Shown in pieces: positions 26,301 through 37,954 of a DNA stretch of 64,000 bases. Each line of letters begins with the position of its first letter. Position 1 is the first letter of the stretch. The notes beneath the pieces are model-generated. The model had not been told where the DNA came from and made no database searches. It saw only the letters and a list, made by a program, of their open reading frames with translations. Both the position numbers and the translations under genes were made by a program. Origin of the DNA: Octopus vulgaris (Eukaryota); the NCBI GenBank assembly GCA_951406725.2, contig OX597817.1, forward strand, positions 66,650,001 through 66,714,000. Reading direction: 5' to 3'.

Positions 26301-28753
26301 TGTTAGTTGCAACTGCACTTTCATACTGAGAACTGTTTCATCATCTCTCAGGGCCGTGTTCACTCTCCTCATGAAATGACACATTTTTCTCCAGCTACAA
26401 GGAGAGTTGAATGTTGTTTCAGTTGCTGATTCCTTTATGTACATACTGCTGTAGAAACTAACAGCACAAGAAGTTGTATTAGAGCTTTAGGTGCCAGAAG
26501 TCATTTGGAAGAGAAACAAAAAATATTGAACAGAACTTTATTGATAACATCATTACCATAGAAACTACCTTTCATAATAGTCCCCCAAAATGCTATGTCA
26601 CTGCTTCAGCAGACCTATGATTAAGGCATCCGATCTTATCAAACATAGTTTATCTCAGATCACATTATCCAATATGACCAACAATTTACTATTGTATCTA
26701 TACACACAGTAGATAGATTGAAGGGAAATTAAAATCTACTGCTAGGTTAAAATTGACGAGATGTTGACTTACTGAAAAGTCTGTAATTTGTTTCTAAGTA
26801 GTGTCTTAGAAAGAGCTTTTTGGTCAAAACAATGATCTATAATTGTGATGTATATCTTTTACAAATACAACTGAGACATACTAATATAGTTTAGAATAAC
26901 TGCAGCTGAGCCATTTAAATCAATTCATTAAGTATTGATTTGGAAACAGATTTCTAATTAAATTCCAATAAATCTGATTGTATTTACAATGTTGAGCATT
27001 ATCAAATTTTTACATCAATTTGTGAGTATAGAAGAGTAAGCTCCCTTGCTACAAAAAAAAAAAAACAAAGGAAATTAGTCTGGATTTTGAAGTGGTTCCA
27101 AAATATTAATTGGAAATTAAATGGTTTTAAAGAACTCATTCAAATAGCGTACAAGTATATCACTTGTACACATCAATACTAGAGAAATGAAATGTTACAC
27201 CAGATGAATTTGGATACACATGTCAGGTACAATGACACTGAATTGTTGGAGCGTCGTACAAAATGGTATGCTAGGACTCTACATTCAGAGTTCAAATTCC
27301 ATCAAGGTCGATTTTGCCTTTCATTAGTCAGAAAGTCGATAAAATAGTACCATATATCGGATTCCATATAACTGATTGTTTCCTCCCCATAAAATTTCAA
27401 GCCATGTGACTTATGGGGTGGATGGAATCGATGGATTAGACAAAATATTTTGTTGTGTTTACCTACACATACTTTACTGAATTCCAATGTTGCCTTTATG
27501 GATTTACTGCCCATACACTTTTTCGGGGTCGAAGCGAGGCAGCCATGTGCATATGATAGTAATAATTTTTTTAGTCATTAACAAGAAAGAAACACACACA
27601 CACAAACTAAATACATAACACGTGCAAGTCTTGTAACAAGACGAAATAACGGCTTCCAAATTCCAGTATAATCTAGAACCGAGTGGTAGCTATTTCATCG
27701 ACTTCGAATGGATGAAAGGAAACATCGACACTGAATGAGCAAGGAGCTCGCACGTAGGGTAACGAGTCAGACGCTACCGCTTCTACTTTTTTCTTTCGCC
27801 GTCTTACACCACCATCACTTCTTTCTCTCGCTCACTTGGATGATGACAAACAATAATAAGAATCAAACGAGCTACCAGGTCACTCGATCTATCTGAAATC
27901 TTCCACAACTTACATCCCATAATTTTAAACACAGAGCACATTGGATAATATAACCCTAGATATCCCTAAAAATACGGATGGTTATGGAAGGAATGTCTAT
28001 GATCATAGGGTTTGCTTGATCAAGGTTGAGCTTGTATTATGATATAAACAATCAGTTCCGATAACTTCTTCCCACCAATTTTAGAGGTTTTAAAAAGATC
28101 ATGTGCACTGTCTACTGAAGAATTCATAAGAATTTAAATAGGCTCCCATATGGTCCCTCTATTGGGTAGAAACAGCAGCCAAAGTTTTCTCAAATCAGAT
28201 TTAGAAGATGAAAAATGCGCAATATAGTCTAAATATGCTTAAAAAATGAAAAGGAGGTAAAAAAAGAGAGTTGCTGGTCACATCTGGAATGTCTGTAATC
28301 ATAGGCCTACTGAATAAAATCCGATGATAAACTAAATAATCACTAACAAAAACAATTGTTGTCATCAAGAAAATGACAAAATAAAACTTTATAATAGTGA
28401 GCAGGCAAGTTACAATATCGTCAGACAAAATATTCTAAACTACAAGAGAGACACAGACAGAGTTCAAAGAATTAATAAAATAAATTAGCAAAGAAATACA
28501 TCGCTCAGACCCTTTCAGGGTTCGCAACCATCATGTGCATGTCAAAGAATGCATTGGGGACTTTCGGTCGTAAACACTTGACAACAGGATGTCCAAAAGT
28601 TAAGTTCGGTACGAAGTGGCCATCCATCACATCCAGGTGCAAGTAATCTGCACCGCAATTCATCATTCGTTGACATTCTTCGGATAAAGATGAGAGATCA
28701 GAATTAAGAATAGACGGGCCTATCTTACATGTGTATCCCGAAGAAGCCGCCAT
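20263..28753 (-). CDS. RPE: Ribulose-phosphate 3-epimerase, complete 5-exon CDS (231 aa)
   Basis: Exons 28753-28511, 26015-25908, 25219-25085, 24340-24254 and 20385-20263; all phase 0, GT-AG. Motifs [42 protein letters not shown] and [10 protein letters not shown]. Confidence 0.97.
20505..21091 (+). mobile_element. 3' end of an abundant RTE-clade LINE (ORF end plus repeated 3' UTR) in RPE intron 4
   Basis: [33 protein letters not shown] relic, then the GAGTGGTTGGCATTAGGAAGGGCATCCAGCTG tail shared with ~30150-30652, 41780-42215 (-), 43800-43965 and 45805-46165. Confidence 0.8.
21092..23165 (+). mobile_element. 5'-truncated RTE LINE (RT plus C-terminal finger), antisense in RPE intron 4
   Basis: [20 protein letters not shown] at 22148-22159, [41 protein letters not shown]; multiple stops and frameshifts. 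Confidence 0.92.
23487..23706. mobile_element. Diverged copy of the piggyBac-type MITE
   Basis: TTAA on both sides, right TIR TGGTATAAAAAGGG; interior aligns with 15669-15890. Confidence 0.65.
24254..24340 (-). CDS. RPE: RPE exon 4 ([20 protein letters not shown]...CAD)
   Basis: ctaaag acceptor, gtaagc donor, 87 nt. Confidence 0.95.
25085..25219 (-). CDS. RPE: RPE exon 3 (VGIGIKPNT...KEQMSK)
   Basis: tttcag acceptor, gtaaag donor, 135 nt. Confidence 0.95.
25908..26015 (-). CDS. RPE: RPE exon 2 ([19 protein letters not shown]...ESGMK)
   Basis: ttctag acceptor, gtaaat donor, 108 nt. Confidence 0.95.
28511..28753 (-). CDS. RPE: RPE exon 1 (MAASSG...VANPER)
   Basis: ATG at 28753; donor GTCTGA at 28510. 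Confidence 0.93.
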
Positions 28754-29040
28754 TATTAGTAGTGCTAAATGCGGGAAACTGATTCAGGATCTCAGTTTCG
28801 TAACCACTCTTTTTTGTGTTCTTGTTTTCACGTATAGTTGAAAGGTTATTTAGTTTATTTGGCGCGCTGTTCAAAATAGCTGAAACTGTTTGTTTACTAA
28901 ATGCTTACTGGTTTTAACTTATGTAAATCGTAAGGTTAATTTGATTTTGTTTGTAAAGTCAATGAATGAGTATAAATAAATGACCGCATGCGAATTTCGT
29001 TTCCATACAATATTTCGGTACTATTTAAGAAGAGTGATCC
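28754..29040 (-). promoter_or_regulatory. Probable RPE 5' UTR / proximal promoter
   Basis: CpG-retaining stretch upstream of the ATG, with GGCGCGC and an NRF1-like CGCATGCG palindrome near 28985. The TSS cannot be determined from sequence. Confidence 0.4.
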
Positions 29041-29042
29041 CG

Positions 29043-29272
29043 GTGCGCGCACTATCATAGTCGCGCATCCGCGCGAGCTAGTCGTCACTAGTCGATCCTA
29101 CGACTACCTAGCAATGTAAATAAAACACAAAATAAATATATTTTTACACAAAGTAAATAAGACACAAAAACAAAGTAAATAATTTTTCTAAACAAAGTAA
29201 ATAAAATACAAAGTAAGGATCGACTAGTCACGACTAGCTAGCGCGGATGTGCGACTACGCGAGTGCACGAAC
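29043..29272. mobile_element. CpG-rich inverted-repeat element (MITE-like) upstream of RPE
   Basis: ~55-bp imperfect TIRs (GTCGCGCATCCGCGCGAGCTAGTCGTCACTAGTCGATCCT / AGGATCGACTAGTCACGACTAGCTAGCGCGGATGTGCGAC) around an A-rich AAAGTAAATA-repeat core. Confidence 0.75.
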
Positions 29273-30652
29273 TGTGAGTACCCAATATTTCTACAGTTGT
29301 TAAGGAGCGAGCTGGCAGAATCGTTGACACGCCGGATAAAATGCTAAGCGGCATTTCGTCCGTCTTCACGTTCCAAGTTCAAATTCGGCCAAAGTCGTCT
29401 TTGCCTTTCGAGGTCGATAAAATACGTACCAATTGAACACTGGAGTCGATGTAATCGACTAACCCACTTCTCCCAGACTTCTGAACTTGTGCCAAAATTT
29501 GAAATTGGTATTTCTAAAGATGTTGTTTAGCCCCTGTCACTACTGATCGACCAAACCTATGGCCCAAACCACTTCAGCTGCGTCTGTCCTGTCTACCAAA
29601 GATGAGGACATACGATGAAATTATATTGAATCTTGACATTCGTCATGTCTAATTGTAATTCTAATCCCCATGAATATTTTTAAATGCTTTAAAAATATAA
29701 GTTTTGAACCTGGTTTAAATATTCTCTAAGGAAAATGAAACCCCACTCTAAATACCTTGCGTTTCATCTATAGTACCTTCTTAACATTTTCCACTCTTTT
29801 GTTTAACTCACGAGAGTTAAAATCCTCCACATTGCAAATTAAGAATATCTTCAATGCGTAGGATCTTCCTTTCGTTCAATATTTATACAGCAAGAGTGAG
29901 GCAGTAGGCTGGCTGAATCGTTAGTACACCGGGCAAAATGCTAAGCGGTCGTTAGTTTGTCTTTACGTTCTGAACTTTAGGAGTCAGGTGACCTACAGAG
30001 TTGTGCTGTGATAATGTCTTCATCATAAACATTGCATTCTGACATTACACAAAGATATAATATACCTACGGAATGATATCGCACTGCTAAGGCCTAAAAA
30101 GTTCAAGGGCCAGCAATTAACACATAAAGTTATAGTGATTGTTTTTTAGAGAAGAGGTAGACTCAGGAAGACATGGGATGAGGTGGTGAAGCATGACCTT
30201 CGAATACTGGGCCTCACAGACACAATGACAGAAAGCTGAGACCTTTGGAGATATGTTGTGATTGAGAAGACCCGGCAACTAAAGTGAGATCGTAGCCATG
30301 GCTGATGCCAGGGTCGCATGTCTGGCCCATTTAAGAGTACCCCTGATGCGTTGGGTGATATGATATACTTAACTGACTCTCGTTCTGGTAGCACGTAAAA
30401 TACATCATCCGAACATGGTCAATGCCAATGTCCCCTGACTGGCGCCTGTGCTGGTGGCACATAAAATGCACCATCCAAACGTGATTGATGCCAGGCCCAC
30501 CTGACTAGCTCCTGTATTGGTGGCACGTAAAAAGCATCCACTACACTCTTGGAGTGGTTGGCATTAGGAAGGGTATCCAGCTGTAGAAACATTACCAGAT
30601 CAGACTGGAGCCTGGTGCAGCTGCTGACTCTCCAGACCTCAGTCAAACCATC

Positions 30653-31475
30653 TGTAGCGTGGCAGTTTCAGCCATTTTGAAATATGGCTATAGCGATTGC
30701 TAATATCTTCACTGTGTGAAAGGCAAGGCAGAAATAATCTCGTTTGAGGTTACAACCATCTTTGGGTCAACTTGTTCTTGTTCTAAACACTAACTTGATT
30801 GGCTGACAGGTGACACGAGTGGTCTCTACGTGTTTCGCACCACTGGGGGACATGTGACACGAGGGTCCCTACGAAGTCTGCACCACTGGTTGACACGTGA
30901 CGCGAATTGTCTCGACTTATTTCGTGCCATAATTGCGAATCAGCCAATCAAGACTTTCGGTTAAAATTCCATTTTCTGGAGTTCGGTGAGCCAACCAAAC
31001 AGTATATAAAGCAGGGTTCACAGACACTTAGGTCTTGGGTTCCAGTTCTTCTAAGAACTAACTTAGGCCACCTGCTGCTCAACTTAGAGATATGCGATTG
31101 TCTCTGCTACTACCTGTTGCTACGCTAATCTATACAACTACTGAAAGCCTCTCGAGTAGATTCCAGCATCTTGCCCTATGAACAGTAAACTAAATGCCAT
31201 TGTTAATTCTATGTTCAGTACCGTTGGGTATGCTCCACGCCACCCGAACACACAGACACAAAACATGCTAATGCTTACGAACTCTTAAAATCCACATGAT
31301 TGTAAAATACGTAAAATAAATAATATTTACCTACCAACAGAAGACTTGTGTCAATTCACTTATGTACTATTGTCGTTTGTATGTAGTTTATGGCTTTGAA
31401 TAATTCGTTAAGAGTAGAACCGCGTTCAATCGTATTTCCTACACTATACAACCAAGGGTGATCCTATTTCTTACA
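30653..31475 (+). repeat. 5' LTR (823 bp)
   Basis: About 98% identical to 35945-36767 by manual alignment. Inverted CCAAT boxes (~30796, ~30940), tandem ~42-bp U3 repeats, TATATAAA at 31003, AATAAA at 31315. Confidence 0.96.
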
Positions 31476-31476
31476 C

Positions 31477-31489
31477 TGGTGACCCCAAC
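31477..31489 (+). promoter_or_regulatory. Primer binding site (tRNA-Trp)
   Basis: TGGTGACCCCAAC versus the tRNA-Trp complement TGGTGACCCCGAC, 1 nt after the LTR end. Confidence 0.85.
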
Positions 31490-31619
31490 TACGCAGCCAT
31501 TCGCATATACTACGCAGCCGATAATAAACATAAGTACGGAAGTATTGACACAGAAGAAGCTGAAAAAGGAATATATTTTGAAAAAAAAAACAAAAACAAA
31601 ATACATATCCACAAATATA

Positions 31620-32452
31620 ATGGAGCAGGAAAAAAAAGAATGTGGAGCATCGTACTTCGACAGAAGTTACACACAAGGTTCTGTCAATGTCTTGAGTAGT
31701 CCCCCATGGACTGGTGATACACTGATGTGGTTGACGCAACTAGAGGCAACCTTCAGAGCCAACAGAATAGCGAACGAAGAACAGAAGTACAACATCATGC
31801 TTAGTAACTTGCCGCCACCGCTAAGCAATGAAATCAGGGATCTGTTACTGAACCCTATGGAACCGGTGTCATATTCTTCGATTAAGGAAGAAATATTGAA
31901 GTGCACGTCTAGTTCCAAGCAAAAGGAATTCGCGAAATTGTTTAACGGTGAAGAGCTGGGTAATAGAAAACCCACGCAACTGTTGAGAAGGATGAACGAA
32001 CTGCTGGGGAACCAGCAAATAGAGGAATCGTACTTCAAAGAGGTATTTTTCAACAAACTGCCGCATAAAACACAAACCTTGCTCTCGGCAGTAAAAACCA
32101 GAACTCAATCCAACAGTTGGCGGACCTAGCGGACGGTATTTTGGAGTTATCGTCCAAGGAGACTATTAGTGCGATTCCTTCAATTTCAAATGAGATACAA
32201 GAATTGAAGAAATGTTACGAGCAACAGTTCGAAGTATTGACAAAAAAAATTGAGAGCTTGCAACTGGAGAGAAACAGCCGCGCCGATCAGAGAAAAAACA
32301 CAAAGTGGTGCAGGAGATCGAAGAGCCCTAGCGTGAACAGAAACGCCATATGCTGGTATCACGCTAAATTCGGAGAGAATTCCTTTAAGTGCATCAAACC
32401 CTGTGCGTTCGATTTCCTTGCTAAAAAAAAAGGAAATTCGGGAAACTTCTAA
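31620..32452 (+). pseudogene. gag: Gypsy gag (frameshifted near 32100)
   Basis: PPWTGDTLMWLTQLEATF, LGNRKPTQLLRRM; CWYHAKFGENSFKCIKPC matches C-x2-H-x9-C-x3-C. Confidence 0.85.
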
Positions 32453-35400
32453 ACCATAGATTGGATGCGACGAAGTCTGTGGATAGCATTGTAAAACGTC
32501 GCGTGTTTTTCGTATACGACTTAAAATCAAAAGAAAGATTTCTCGTGGATACAAGAGCAGCGTGTTCGATATGGCCTGTAAGGCTCTAAAAACAGAAAAC
32601 TAAACCCGTGTATATGACTCTTCAAGCGGTGAATCAGTCTGAAATTCAAACGTTTGGAGAGATCAGCTTAACGCTTGACATAAATTTGCGAAGAGAATAC
32701 AAATGGGTATTCATAGTAGCAGATTTACCATATCCAATATTAGGAGTGGATTTTTTGGCGCACTATCATTTAATGGTAGATGTGAACAAACAAAAATTAA
32801 TAGATACACAAACTTCCCTAAAAATTCAGGGAATGAGATGCAGAAGAGCAACAATCAGTCCACTATATTTCATAGCGTCCACAGAAAATAAGTACCACCA
32901 AATTTTGGAAAACTATCCACAAATCACGAAGCAGTTAACTCTGAATACCACGTGTACGCATTCGGTGACACATCACATCATCACACATGGACCACCAAGT
33001 TTTTCTAAGCCGAGGAGATTATCGCCGGAGAAATTGAAGGTGGCTAAGGCGGAGTTTCGGCATATGATGGACCTGGGTATAATCCGTCCTTCTAGTAGTA
33101 GCTGGTCAACACCATTAGTTATGGTCAAGAAAAACCTCATCGACTGGCGACCTTGTGGAGATTTTAGACAACTGAATGCGAAAACAAAGCCTGACAAATA
33201 TCCAATACCCCACATAATGGATTTTGCGACTTCTTTGAGTGGTTGTACCATTTTTTCAAAGATAGATTTAGTCAGGGCATACAACCAAATTCCTGTGGCA
33301 GAAAACGATATACCGAAGACAGCCATTACCACTCCATTTAGTTTGTTTGAATTTCTTCGCATGCCTTTCGGATTGAGGAATGCGGCAAATACTTTTCAAA
33401 GGTTTATGGATGAAGTAACACGAGATTTACCTTTCGTGTTTGCTTATATAGACGATATTCTCATCGCTAGTCCATCGGAAGAAACACATGAAGAGCATTT
33501 AAAAAAAATCTTCGAACGATTAACAAAATTTGGAATTGTGATAAACCCATCGAAATGTGTTTTTGGTGAAACGACCATATCCTTTTTGGGTCATCTAATC
33601 GGTAAAGATGGAATTCGCCCATTACCAGAGAAGGTGGAAGCAATAAAAAACTTCCCAGTACCAAATAGTTTAAGGAAGCTCAGAGAATTTTTAGGGATCG
33701 TCAATTTTTACAGAAAGTTCATTCCTAAAGTTACGGAAACCCTATATCCCTTAACTGAGCTATTGAAAAATAGAAAGAAAAAAAATGAAGCCATAACCTT
33801 ACAAGAAAAGGAATTACAAGCCTTTAAAGAAATCAAAGAAAAACTGTGTAAAGCAACGCTTTTAAACCACCAGGTTCCTGAAGCGAAATTATCATTGATG
33901 GTTGATGCTTCCGATGTGGGGATCGGTGGGGTTCTACAGCAATTTCATTGTAATTCCTGGCAACCATTGGCATTTTTTTCAAAAAAATTCAAGGCACCAG
34001 AAACCAAATACAGTGTTTTCGGCAGAGAATTGTTGGCAGCTTATTTGTCAATCAAACATTTCAGACATCTTCTTGAAGGTAGGTCATTTACTTTATTCAC
34101 TGACCATAAACCGTTAACATATGCATTGAAAAATTCTTCGGAAAAATATTCTCCTAGAGAAATTAGACACCTTGATTTTATTTCACAGTTTACTGTGGAT
34201 ATACGTTTTATCAAGGGGGAAAAAAATATAGCAGCAGATGCACTTTCTCGAATGAATGTAGACGCATTAAGCTCATTAAGCACAATAAATTTGGAAGAGA
34301 TGTCTAAGGATCAAGTTGCAGATAAAGAATTTTCTTCATATAAAAATTCTGATTCAACTGCTTTAAAATTTTAAATGTTGCCGATACATTCATGTAATTC
34401 ACATATTTGGTGTAATATTTCTACAGGGCTTTCAAGACCATTTGTGCCTGAAAAGCATAGAAAAAATGTTTTTTCTAGCTTACATAATTTATCTCATCCA
34501 GGTATAGAAGCTTCGTTGAAGTTAATATCAAATCGTTTTGTTTGGCCTGGTATGAATAAGGATATTCGTTCATGGGTCAAAGCATGTATGCAATGTCAGA
34601 AATCTAAAGTACAGCGGCACATCAAAGCACCATTAGGCACATTTGCAAATCCGGATGCGAGATTCCAACATATCCACATCGATATAGTGGGACCCTTGCC
34701 TCCGTGCGAGGATAATATGTATTTGTTGACGTGTGTGGACTGTTTTTCCAGATGGCCAGAAGCTTATCCGATAAAGGATGTATCTGCAGGAACTATAGCA
34801 AAAACTTTGTTTACCAATTGGATGTCTAGATTCGGCATCCCAAATACAGTGACAACAGATCGTGGTAGACAATTTGAGTCTAGCTTGTTCGCAGAATTCA
34901 ATAAATTGTTGGGAATTAATAGAATTCGTACAACTTCATATCACCCACAATCTAACAGAATGGTAGAAAGGTTCCATAGACAGTTGAAAGCTTCATTAAG
35001 AACTTATTCTAATTCTAACGATTGGCTAGAGGCTCTGCCAGTGGTATTGTTGGGAATTAGAAGTGCGGTTAAAGAAACTATACAGTATTCTCCAGCTGAA
35101 CTTTTGTATGGAACAACGTTAACTTTACCTGCTCAAATGTTCGAAGAAACTAATTTTTTCAATGGAGATGTTAATGACTATGTAACTTGTCTAAAAAGAT
35201 TTCTTACGGATATTCCTTCTTGTACAAGAAAATTGCAAAATGTTAAGTTTTCTTCCTTCGGATATAAAATCTTGGACACATGTGTATGTCCGTAACGATG
35301 CAGCTCATAATTCGCTGAAATATAAATACACCGGACCTTTAAAAGTCTTATCAGTTACAGACAAAACTATGACTTTGGAGATGAATGGAAAGAAAGAAAT

Positions 35401-35467
35401 TGTCAGTGTCGACAGAGTAAAAAAGCTTATTTCGACCATTATCCATGTCATGAAACCAGAGATATGA
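32440..35467 (+). pseudogene. pol: Gypsy pol (PR-RT-RNaseH-IN) with inactivating lesions
   Basis: Protease FLVDTRA (DTG->DTR), TAA at 32587 and 34372, YIDD at 33445-33456, RNase H DAS and [15 protein letters not shown] plus DIVGP/TTDRG/VERFHR, frameshift near 35250, YTGP (GPY/F) tail. Confidence 0.93.
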
Positions 35468-35944
35468 GCAACACACATCATCACAACGTGAAACAAAAAA
35501 ATGATATAGAAAACAACAAATCCGATGTTGAAGGAAAAGCGAAATCAATTCTAAAACCACCTACAAATGTAAAAAAAAACTATAAGTGGTAGAACTGTAC
35601 ACTTCCCCCCAAAATTTTCTCAGTTTGTTTGAGGATATATTTTTTTTAAAAAAAAAAAAGAACTTTTTTTTATTTTTATCCATGGATTATATATATATAT
35701 ATATAAAAAAAAAGACAGATTTGATTTATATTCATGGGTTCACAAAAAAAAACAACAAAAAAAAACATTATTTTTTTTTCTCAATGAAAGGAGAAAAACA
35801 ATGTACGGACATGAAATGTAAGCGGAAAGACTAAATTCATATGTTTTAACCTTGTAAATGCATTTGTGTATATATATAAAAAAAAAAAAAATACATATGT
35901 ATAACTAATTTCGTTCGCAAAATTGTAACAATTTTTCTGGCTGA

Positions 35945-36767
35945 TGTAGCGTGGCAGTTTCAGCCATTTTGAAATATGGCTATAGCGATTGCTAATATCT
36001 TCACTGTGTGAAAGGCAAGGCAGAAATGATCTCGTTTGAGGTTACAACCATCTTTGGGTCAACTTGTTCTTGTTCTAAACACTAACTTGATTGGCTGACA
36101 GGTGACACAAGTGGTCTCTACGTGTTTTGCACCACTGGGGGACATGTGACACGAGGGTCCCTACGAAGTCTGCGCCACTGGTTGACACGTGACGCGAATT
36201 GTCTCGACTTATTTCGTGCCATAATTGCGAATCAGCCAATCAAGACTTTCGGTTAAAATTCCATTTTCTGGAGTTCGGTGAGCCAACCAAACAGTATATA
36301 AAGCAGGTTCACAGACACTTGGGGTCTTGGTTCCAGTTCTTCTAAGAACTAACTTAGGCCACCTGCTGCTCAACTTAGAGATATGCGATTGTCTCTGCTA
36401 CTACCTGTTGCTACGCTAATCTATACAACTACTGAAAGCCTCTCGAGTAGATTCCAGCATCTTGCCCTATGAACAGTAAACTAAATGCCATTGTTAATTC
36501 TATGTTCAGTACCGTTGGGTATGCTCACGCCACCCGAACACACAGACACAAAACATGCTAACGCTTACGAACTCTTAAAATCCACATGATTGTAAAATAC
36601 GTAAAATAAATAATACTTGCCTCTACCAACAGAAGACTTGTGTCAATTCACTTATGTACTATTGTCGTTTGTATGTAGTTTATGGCTTTGAATAATTCGT
36701 TAAGAGTAGAACCGCGTGCAAACGTATTTCCTACACGATACGACCAAGCGTGATCCTATTTCTTACA
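35945..36767 (+). repeat. 3' LTR (823 bp)
   Basis: Direct repeat of the 5' LTR. Confidence 0.96.
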
Positions 36768-36849
36768 CATCCAACCCATGCCAGCATGAAAAACGGACGT
36801 TAAACGATGATGATGACAGGGGTATCCTCTTTGATTTCTCAAATATAGT

Positions 36850-37100
36850 TATACTATGAACAGTGAGCAGTGGTACACTGAGACACCCAAAATGCTTAGA
36901 GAAACCCTTAGGAGACTGAAAAAGAATATGAAAAGGATCCATGTTTACCATGACAATGCATGACCACACATAACTTTTGCAACAAATCAGAAATCAGGCA
37001 ATCAGTAAACCGGGCTGGTCAGTAATCCCCTTTCTATTGTACAACCTGGATCTGGTACTCTCTGACTACCACTGGTTTGGTCTAATGAAGAATAAGCCTT
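36850..37100 (+). mobile_element. Highly degraded mariner transposase relic
   Basis: HDNA*PH at ~36948 and YNLDLVLSDYHWFGLMK (compare YSPDLAPSDYHLF). Confidence 0.6.
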
Positions 37101-37954
37101 CAGGAAGTCAATTCTATTTTACATACATCACTAAAGCTCTTGGCAAAACAGGCACGCTGATTCTCTTAATTTCACACAAATCACTTGGCCTAATCATTTA
37201 CAGAGTCACCCATAAACACACTTCAACATTTAGTCCACTGATTTTTCTACTGTTACTACAATAGCCTTAGTTTATTGTAGCTCAAAGACAACTGGTTGTA
37301 TGCCACCTCCATTCAAGCCCACTCAACATATTTGTATCTTCTTGTCTCATCACTCACACTGTCTCTTCTCATCTAAATCATGCATTAATCACTGTATCAA
37401 ATCCTTCTTCGTCAGAACATATCCCACTGAAATTCCTTCCTCACCCAAGAAATTTCCTACAGTTGTTGAAGATGAACATAAACCATATCAAACTCAACAG
37501 TATCAGAGGAGCCTTTAAATAACATGACTAAATGAATGAAACACACACACACACACTCAAGTACTTGTCTATTTTATCATGTTTGTGTGAAATAAAGAAA
37601 ATACTGAATGAATGAAAAGAATAACAAAAATTATATAGATACTTTACTGATTTTATTTACAGGAATTGATATGAATAACAATGTAAAAGGAAAATGAGAA
37701 ATGAATGACTGCACAAATAAATTTACAAATATTTATAAAAGAAAAAAAAAAGGGTATATTAGCTGTGTTGCAGGTATACAACTTCAAAGAATTGGGATAT
37801 GTTTGAGTTTACAGTAAAATTGAAATATAAATAGCAATAGTTTTCACTTGGTCCAAGAATCCCAGAGATGACATGTCAGAGAAGACCCAATAGCTTGAAC
37901 ATCATTCTTTAAGTCAGTAATTTATTGATGTAAAAATTTCTATCAAATATTTCT

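Larger units (their letters stand above)
30653..36767 (+). mobile_element. Full-length Ty3/Gypsy LTR retrotransposon, CsRN1-like, inactivated
   Basis: TG...CA LTRs 30653-31475 and 35945-36767; 4-bp TSD CATC (30649-30652, 36768-36771); tRNA-Trp PBS; gag CHCC knuckle; PR-RT-RH-IN order. Inserted into an RTE LINE 3' tail. Confidence 0.96.

Noticed and set aside
31464-35560. Minus-strand ORFs inside the Gypsy element
   Set aside because: They are antisense shadows of gag/pol without motifs; no env-like ORF was seen either.
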